IMG/VR virus record: IMGVR_UViG_3300009124_000025
Span: 1 to 50,811 of that record
DNA length: 50,811 nucleotides
Origin: a virus
Reading direction: 5' to 3' (one strand)
The notes beneath the pieces are model-generated. The model did not search any database, was not told where the DNA came from, and was given only the letters and a program-made list of their open reading frames with translations. Shown here piece by piece: positions 1 through 5,138 of the stretch. Within the stretch, counting starts at the first letter, position 1. Each line of letters begins with the position of its first letter. Both the position numbers and the translations under genes were made by a program.

Positions 1-150
1 GGCAAGCAGGTCCAGCAGGGCATGTGGGACCAGATGCTGCGGATCGAGCGCGAGATCGCGTCGCTCAAGGTCAAGTGTGGGGTCTGGGGCCTGTGCGGTG
101 GCCTGATCCCTGTCGTTACCGCGCTACTCACCAACAGAATCGGCCTGTGA
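1..150 (+). CDS. 3' fragment (49 codons) of the 82-aa coiled-coil / C-terminal TM protein; full copy at 46199..46447
   Basis: In frame with 46199..46447 at offset 46,297. Ends ...KVKCGVWGLCGGLIPVVTALLTNRIGL, a hydrophobic tail. Confidence 0.5.
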   Translation, partial: GKQVQQGMWDQMLRIEREIASLKVKCGVWGLCGGLIPVVTALLTNRIGL

Positions 151-311
151 CCCAATCAACGTTAATTCTGTCCATCGTGTGCATCGTGGCGGGCACCGTC
201 TTGGCCGCGTTGCTAGACGACACGCACGTGCCCCTGGTTCTAATCGGGGCCGGGGTTACGGCGTTGTCTGCTTCGACCTACAACATCAACCGGCAAAACA
301 ACAAGAAGTGA
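147..311 (+). CDS. 54-aa two-TM small membrane protein (class II holin-like topology)
   Basis: GTG start overlaps the upstream TGA (GTGA). VTQSTLILSIVCIVAGTVLAALLDDTHVPLVLIGAGVTALSASTYNINRQNNKK has two hydrophobic helices and a basic tail. Below or merged in the ORF track (part of 24..311). Confidence 0.5.
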   Translation: MTQSTLILSIVCIVAGTVLAALLDDTHVPLVLIGAGVTALSASTYNINRQNNKK

Positions 312-724
312 CTGTTCTGCGGCGCGTCCAAAAGCTGCTAGAGCCCGGCGAGTTTGAGCATCTTGCTCAAGTCGCTGAGTGGCTACGCCGACCTTTGCTG
401 GGCGTTGTCGTTGACGAAGTTCGACGACAACACGGTCGCTACAAAATTGACGGCAAACACCGGGTCAACCGAACGGTTGAGCTACTTCGGCTAGATGACG
501 TAGACCCCAAGCCGGGACCGGCAGATCGTTTAATCCAAACCGAAGACGCGGACCGTGTGCTGTCGCAAGTTCGAGCTATGCCGGACGCGCGCCGCGCCGT
601 TGTTGAACTTCGGATCCAGGGCCTTTCGCAGAAAGAGATCGCGCGGCAACTTGGCTGCACGGTTTGGAACGTTGACTACCACATGACGTTGGCGCGTCGA
701 GAATTGGAGAAGACCTATGGCTAA
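308..724 (+). CDS. Sigma-70 region-4 / ECF-sigma-like HTH transcription factor (138 aa)
   Basis: GTG start overlaps the upstream stop (GTGA). C-terminus MPDARRAVVELRIQGLSQKEIARQLGCTVWNVDYHMTLARRELEK fits the sigma70_r4_2/LuxR-type HTH pattern. The longer track ORF 179..724 has an Arg-rich shadow-like N-terminus. Confidence 0.65.
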   Translation: MTVLRRVQKLLEPGEFEHLAQVAEWLRRPLLGVVVDEVRRQHGRYKIDGKHRVNRTVELLRLDDVDPKPGPADRLIQTEDADRVLSQVRAMPDARRAVVELRIQGLSQKEIARQLGCTVWNVDYHMTLARRELEKTYG

Positions 725-824
725 GAAGATGTCAAAAGCAGCGAAGAAGCCGATGCCCATGAAGAAGGCTGCGGGCAAGAAGGCGAAGATGGCGAAGAAG
801 GGCAAGAAGAAGGGTGGTTACTAA
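717..824 (+). CDS. 35-aa lysine-rich basic microprotein (MAKKMSKAAKKPMPMKKAAGKKAKMAKKGKKKGGY)
   Basis: ATG lies inside the last codons of the sigma-like gene (TATGGCTAA). 15 of 35 residues are Lys, in a GC-rich genome. The next gene starts 2 nt after its TAA. Too short for the ORF track. Confidence 0.4.
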   Translation: MAKKMSKAAKKPMPMKKAAGKKAKMAKKGKKKGGY

Positions 825-826
825 GG

Positions 827-1045
827 GTGGCCAAGCATTGCTTGCTGTTTCTTGCAGCGTCGGCCTGCGTGCCGCCGCACCCCTACACCGTGGCAGACCG
901 CGCGACGTTCGACGCGTTGGCCCCGGACTACACCGACTACGTTCGGCGAGACGACCAACTCAACCAAGCTCAACGCGAGTTGAAGCTGTTGACCGTCGAA
1001 ACTTGGCGTCTGCGTTTGGAGGCTGCTGAAGAAGCCAACCGATGA
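827..1045 (+). CDS. Small lipoprotein candidate with C-terminal coiled coil (72 aa); o-spanin-like at best
   Basis: N-terminus (V)AKHCLLFLAASAC-VPPHPY has a hydrophobic core plus a lipobox-like A-S-A-C. C-terminus QLNQAQRELKLLTVETWRLRLEAAEEANR looks helical. Confidence 0.55.
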   Translation: MAKHCLLFLAASACVPPHPYTVADRATFDALAPDYTDYVRRDDQLNQAQRELKLLTVETWRLRLEAAEEANR

Positions 1046-1368
1046 CTGAAAAAATCGCAACGTGCAGACACGGACACGAGTTGTCGGACGACAACGTCTA
1101 CGCATACCTAGACGCCAAAGGTCGGACCTACAGGAAGTGTCGAACGTGCACGTTGCGACGCTTGGGCGAACGGCGGCGGGCTGAAAGCTCGTTGCTTAAA
1201 GTCATGAAGCAGCCATCACCCAGAACTGCACGCGACGAAGCACTAGAGATGATTCGCGTCAATCGGTTGTCTCACTTGCAAGAACAACTGGAACGCGAAA
1301 CGCGTCCTTGGCTTCGTCACGACATCGAATCTCAAATCCTAAAACTTCGACATGGCCGCTCTTCCTGA
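1042..1368 (+). CDS. Zn-ribbon / HNH-derived zinc-finger protein (108 aa)
   Basis: ATGA overlap with the upstream gene. Motif C-RHGH-x...N-x-Y...G-RTYRK-C-RT-C is a CxxGH...CxxC pattern seen in HNH-like Zn fingers. Confidence 0.6.
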   Translation: MTEKIATCRHGHELSDDNVYAYLDAKGRTYRKCRTCTLRRLGERRRAESSLLKVMKQPSPRTARDEALEMIRVNRLSHLQEQLERETRPWLRHDIESQILKLRHGRSS

Positions 1369-1618
1369 CCCTCACGTCCTCATCGAACGGCTTAAGGCCG
1401 CAGTCGTAGACCCCCAAAACAAGCTCATTGTGGCGAGTCTGGCCGAGCAATCTGTTCGGATTGCGGGCGTAGCGTTAACTGATCCGGCCGCGGCCGAGCG
1501 CGAAATGCGCTTTGTGCGCGCCGCGACGGCCAACCTGGGCGCGGCAGAAGCAGCCAAGGTGCAGGGCGAAATCGTGGATTGGATCAGCCGGATCATCAGA
1601 GTGGCTATTCTCGGATGA
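1352..1618 (+). CDS. Hypothetical protein (88 aa)
   Basis: ATG ORF in the co-directional operon. G/C-rich third positions. No motif recognised. Confidence 0.5.
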   Translation: MAALPDPHVLIERLKAAVVDPQNKLIVASLAEQSVRIAGVALTDPAAAEREMRFVRAATANLGAAEAAKVQGEIVDWISRIIRVAILG

Positions 1619-1929
1619 TCACGGTCAGCGAGTTGTGGCAGGTCGTTCTTGACACCACCGAAGCGTCTATCGCGCAGAAATACCTGCTTCCTGCGGAGAT
1701 GTATGACGCACACCGGGACACCGTTCTGGCCCTCAACACGGCGCTGGAACCCGCGACTCCGGACGAAATCGACAAGCTTCGGTCGTTGATCGTGTCGAGG
1801 GGCGCACCCAGGGAAGACGCGACCCAGCTAACCGCTCTCCGGCGCGCTGGGTTCTTCGCCTTGAGCCAGATGAACGGACGGCATGGTCTCCAGCCTTTAG
1901 ACGTCCCGCCTGCCCGGTCAGACATCTAG
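1615..1929 (+). CDS. Hypothetical protein (104 aa)
   Basis: ATG at 1615 forms an ATGA overlap with the upstream stop. Same frame as track ORF 1579..1929. Confidence 0.55.
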   Translation: MITVSELWQVVLDTTEASIAQKYLLPAEMYDAHRDTVLALNTALEPATPDEIDKLRSLIVSRGAPREDATQLTALRRAGFFALSQMNGRHGLQPLDVPPARSDI

Positions 1930-1939
1930 GGGCACATAA
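1927..1939 (+). promoter_or_regulatory. Conserved 13-mer TAGGGGCACATAA overlapping a stop codon (copy 1 of 2 in the unique genome)
   Basis: Identical 13-mer at 41509..41521. Both begin with the TAG stop of the upstream gene and lie 29-30 nt before the next start. Confidence 0.4.
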
Positions 1940-1968
1940 GGCTGATTGCGCGGCGTAGGTTTCGCGCA

Positions 1969-2211
1969 ATGGACCGATCTGACGAACCGCCGATTGAGGA
2001 GGTAACCCGGTGGATGCTCATGCAACCACAGGGTCGAGCCTTCCTACGTCATCTGGCGGCTTCGACCGGGTTCACCTCAGAGGTGTTCAACAAGCAAACG
2101 TCTGAGATGGCGTTCGCTGCCGGGAAGCGTTCGGTCTTCGTTGATCTGGTTCCGAGGCTGCGTGACGCAGACCCGGTCCAGTTCGCCAAGTTCATTGGAG
2201 AGATTCTGTGA
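1969..2211 (+). CDS. Small head-module protein (80 aa), possibly Bbp19-like
   Basis: Sits just upstream of scaffold/MCP. The block EMAFAAGKRSVFVDLVPRL...PVQFAKFIGE resembles my memory of the Bbp19 family. Unverified. Confidence 0.5.
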   Translation: MDRSDEPPIEEVTRWMLMQPQGRAFLRHLAASTGFTSEVFNKQTSEMAFAAGKRSVFVDLVPRLRDADPVQFAKFIGEIL

Positions 2212-2888
2212 CCGACACGACCAACGAAGTCACAAATGAGGGCGGGGAAGCCGAAGCCACTCAGGCGACGGCCGAGCCGCAAAACGAGCAACCCACTCAG
2301 ACCGCGGAGTCCAGCACGGAGCAGTCGACCAAGTCGACCACGGAGCAGGAGCCGCAAGACGGTGGTGCTGACCAGTCCACGGTTTCGGACACGCAAGTGT
2401 CAGAGGTCAAGTTCGACGTCCCCGAGACGATGAACCTCCCTGACTCTGCGATCGCAGCGTTGACCGAAGCCGCGCAAAGCCAAGGCGTCACAGGCGAGCA
2501 AGCGCAAGCGTTGCTCGATGCGCTGGCCCCAAAGCTGTCCGAAGCTAACGCTTCGGTAGTGGAGGCGACCAAGCAAGAGTGGGCGCAGGCTGTCGCGAAC
2601 GACGCCGAACTCGGGGGCGACAAGCTCAACGAGAACATGGCGATCGCGGACAAGGCCGTCGAGACCTTCGGTGACGAAGGGCTGCGGGAGTTGCTGAACG
2701 ACGGAGACCTGCCGCTGGGGAAGGAGCCGAGGCTCTTCCGCATGCTGGTGCGTGTCGGTCGCGCGATCTCGGAGGCGACGATGGTCAACGGTGGGATCAC
2801 CGCTGGTTCGTCCAAGCCTATCCAGGGAGACGTTTTCACCGACACAAGTCGGGCGGCTTCCATCATGTATCCAAGCAACAACAACTGA
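2208..2888 (+). CDS. Scaffolding protein candidate (226 aa)
   Basis: GTGA overlap with the upstream gene. Acidic E/Q/T-rich N-terminus and a helical A/E/L-rich body. Immediately precedes the major capsid gene. Confidence 0.65.
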   Translation: MTDTTNEVTNEGGEAEATQATAEPQNEQPTQTAESSTEQSTKSTTEQEPQDGGADQSTVSDTQVSEVKFDVPETMNLPDSAIAALTEAAQSQGVTGEQAQALLDALAPKLSEANASVVEATKQEWAQAVANDAELGGDKLNENMAIADKAVETFGDEGLRELLNDGDLPLGKEPRLFRMLVRVGRAISEATMVNGGITAGSSKPIQGDVFTDTSRAASIMYPSNNN

Positions 2889-2896
2889 TCTGATCC

Positions 2897-3931
2897 ATGG
2901 CTGCTCTCAGCACCAGCAACCTGACTCTCGCCGATTGGGCGAAGATGTTCGACCCGGACGGCAAGCTGGCCGTCGTCACCAACGTTCTGTCTCAGACCAA
3001 CGAAATCCTCGAAGACTGCGTCTTCAAGGAAGCGAACGGTAAGACCCACCACCGCGTCACCATCGCGACCGGCCTTCCGGCGGTCTACTGGCGCCAGATC
3101 AACCAGGGCATCCCGCCGACCAAGGCGTCGACTGCTCAGGTTGACGAAGGCATCGGCATGCTCGAAGCCCGCAGCGAGACGGACTGCGTGCTGGCCAAGC
3201 TCAGCGGCGACGTCAACAAGTTCCGCTTTAGCCAGTCCCGCATGCACCTTGAGTCGATGGGCCAGACTCAGGCGAAGACGATGTTCCGCGGCGATCCCGG
3301 CACCGAGCCCGCCAGCTACCTTGGCCTGCAAGGGCGCTACAGCGTTCTCTCGGGCGCGGCGAACTCGCAGAACGTGATCAACGGCGGCGGCGCTGCTGGC
3401 TCGGACCAGACGTCGATCTACCTCGTGGGTTGGGGCGACGAGACGGTCTACTGCACCTTCCCGGAAGGTTCGCAGGCTGGCCTCGTGCACCAAGACCTCG
3501 GTGAGCAAACCGTCTACGGCCAGGGCGGCGTCAACGCCAACCGGATGCAGGCTTACGCCGACCTCTACACGTGGCACCACGGCCTCGTCGTTCAGGACTG
3601 GCGCTACGCGGTTCGCATCTGCAACCTGAAGAAGACGGAGCTTGAGGATCTGGACGGGGCGCAAGCCCTCACCACCTACAACAACCTGCTCCACACCATG
3701 ACGACGGCGCTCTACAAGCTGCCGAACATCAACATGGTGCGCCCGGCGTTCTACGTGAACCGTCTGGTCCACAGCGCGCTGTCGCGTCTGGCGATGGAGA
3801 AGTTCGCGTCCGTCCTCAAGTTCGAAGAGGGCATTAACCAGTTCGGCAACACCCGCCGCTACCTGTCGTTCAGCGGCGTCCCGATCCGCCTGTGCGACAC
3901 CCTCTACAACAACGAAACCCGCCTCACCTAA
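2897..3931 (+). CDS. Major capsid protein, HK97 fold (344 aa)
   Basis: N-terminal block LTLADWAKMFDPDGKLAVVTNVLSQTNEILEDCVFKEANGKTHHRVTIATGLPAVYWRQINQGIPPTKAST-QVDEGIGMLEARSE is a pattern I recognise from podovirus/siphovirus HK97-type MCPs. Position after the scaffold supports it. Confidence 0.9.
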   Translation: MAALSTSNLTLADWAKMFDPDGKLAVVTNVLSQTNEILEDCVFKEANGKTHHRVTIATGLPAVYWRQINQGIPPTKASTAQVDEGIGMLEARSETDCVLAKLSGDVNKFRFSQSRMHLESMGQTQAKTMFRGDPGTEPASYLGLQGRYSVLSGAANSQNVINGGGAAGSDQTSIYLVGWGDETVYCTFPEGSQAGLVHQDLGEQTVYGQGGVNANRMQAYADLYTWHHGLVVQDWRYAVRICNLKKTELEDLDGAQALTTYNNLLHTMTTALYKLPNINMVRPAFYVNRLVHSALSRLAMEKFASVLKFEEGINQFGNTRRYLSFSGVPIRLCDTLYNNETRLT

Positions 3932-3946
3932 TAGGGGGACCGACAC

Positions 3947-4477
3947 ATGATTGCTGACAAGAACCTGGAGCTTGCCACTGCGTGGGCTCCGCGGCCCCCG
4001 GTGGGCTCGACGTTTACGCTGGCCACCACGGTGGACCTGAACGGGGTCGCGCTGTCTCGGATGACTGATCCGACTGACGGCGACGCGACGATCAACGAGA
4101 ACGAAAACCTTGCGCGAGACATTTCGCAGGGTGAACCCTTGTTCATCGTGTTCACCGTCAACGCGGTGGGCGGCGCGTCGACTAACTGCGAACTTCGGGT
4201 CGCGGTTTCCGACAACGACGACGGGTCGTCGGGCACCACGATTTGCCGGACCCCCGACTTCAACCCGCAGAGCGGCATTGCTGTTGGAGATCAAATTGCT
4301 CTCCAAGTCAGCAACCCGCTCAAGCTGGCGAAGCAGCGTTACCTCACGGTTCAGATCAAGAACAACGCGGGAGGCACGATGACGAACATCGACCTGCAAG
4401 TTCATCTGGTCCACGGCGACCCGACCGGCCCGCAGGTCTACTACCCGACCGCGTTCATCTCGCCGGACGGCTTCTAG
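3947..4477 (+). CDS. Capsid decoration/cement-like protein (176 aa), Bbp16-like candidate
   Basis: Directly follows the MCP. Blocks DISQGEPLFIVFTVNA and QRYLTVQIKNNAGGTMTNIDLQVHLV resemble the jelly-roll cement protein family of BPP-1-type phages (from memory). Confidence 0.55.
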   Translation: MIADKNLELATAWAPRPPVGSTFTLATTVDLNGVALSRMTDPTDGDATINENENLARDISQGEPLFIVFTVNAVGGASTNCELRVAVSDNDDGSSGTTICRTPDFNPQSGIAVGDQIALQVSNPLKLAKQRYLTVQIKNNAGGTMTNIDLQVHLVHGDPTGPQVYYPTAFISPDGF

Positions 4478-4488
4478 GAGGCATCGTT

Positions 4489-5091
4489 ATGATCCTCGAC
4501 AACGCAGGACTGTTCTCCGAGCAGCAAGCGATTACATCGCTTGCTGCCGGTAGCACGGTCTACTCCGACAACTGGATGGACTTCGGTGTCGAAACCGAAC
4601 GCAACGGACAGACGGGGACGTGGTATCGCGATTGGGCCAACGGCAAGACGCTCTACGTCAACATGCTGGTGACCACGTCGTTTACCACGACGGACAACGG
4701 CAGCCCCGCCGGTGTGACCGGGGGGACCGGGCTGGAGGTCGAACTGTTCGGCTTTCCAACTGGAGGCACTCCAGTCATCAACAACCTGAGCACGACCGTC
4801 GCTCGTTCGACGAGCATCATGGGCGCCATGATCAACCCCGCAGTTGGGTCGATCCCGGACGCTCTGACGGCCGGATCCAAGCTGTCGTTCGCGCTGAGCC
4901 CTCTTGGGGGTTTGACGCACAACACGCTGGTAACGGGTATGCGATACCTGCGAGCGGCCTACAAGGCGGTTGGCGGTTCGGGCGCTATTACGGGCGCCGT
5001 GTCTCTGCAACTTGCAGCGACCCCGGAGACGACCACGTCGCTGGGCAACGTGATCACCAACACCTACCCGGCAACAGTCGACTTGGCCTAA
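4489..5091 (+). CDS. Second decoration/cement-like paralog (200 aa)
   Basis: ATG preceded by AGGAGG (4476-4481). LFSEQQAITSLAAGSTVYSDNWMDFG and MRYLRAAYKAVGGSGAITGAVSLQL parallel the blocks of the preceding gene. The track ORF 4243..5091 has a shadow N-terminus. Confidence 0.55.
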   Translation: MILDNAGLFSEQQAITSLAAGSTVYSDNWMDFGVETERNGQTGTWYRDWANGKTLYVNMLVTTSFTTTDNGSPAGVTGGTGLEVELFGFPTGGTPVINNLSTTVARSTSIMGAMINPAVGSIPDALTAGSKLSFALSPLGGLTHNTLVTGMRYLRAAYKAVGGSGAITGAVSLQLAATPETTTSLGNVITNTYPATVDLA

Positions 5092-5103
5092 CGGTCATCA
5101 ATT

Positions 5104-5130
5104 AAGCGGCGCGCTTCGTGCGCGCCGCTT
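5104..5130 (+). terminator. GC-rich hairpin after the capsid module (AAGCGGCGCGC-ttcgt-GCGCGCCGCTT)
   Basis: Perfect 11-bp inverted repeat with a 5-nt loop, followed by a T-containing tract (CTGCTCTC). Lies in the 47-nt gap before the next gene. Confidence 0.5.
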
Positions 5131-5138
5131 CTGCTCTC

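Larger units (their letters stand above)
1..4514. repeat. Left copy of an exact 4,514-bp duplication (same sequence as 46298..50811); wrap-around of a 46,297-bp genome
   Basis: Every six-frame ORF in 1-4514 has an identical translation at +46,297. Window start matches 46298 onward and window end matches 4501-4514. Confidence 0.9.

Noticed and set aside
2297-4414. 705-aa ORF on the minus strand (and its duplicate 48594..50711), the third-longest ORF in the track
   Set aside because: It is antisense to the scaffold, major capsid and decoration genes, which have recognisable motifs. Its translation is Arg/Ala/Val/Leu-rich low-complexity sequence, typical of shadow ORFs in GC-rich DNA.
1-4514. 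The 4.5-kb duplication as an insertion sequence, a prophage att duplication or a true long DTR
   Set aside because: It encodes no transposase or integrase. The copies sit exactly at the window ends, are identical, and both edges fall inside genes. Wrap-around of a circular or circularly permuted genome explains it fully. A real DTR cannot be excluded without read data.
5118-5138. GTG at 5118 as the start of the adaptor gene
   Set aside because: This GTG lies inside the 11-bp-stem hairpin 5104-5130. The in-frame ATG at 5139 just after the hairpin is the more plausible start. I cannot exclude the GTG.
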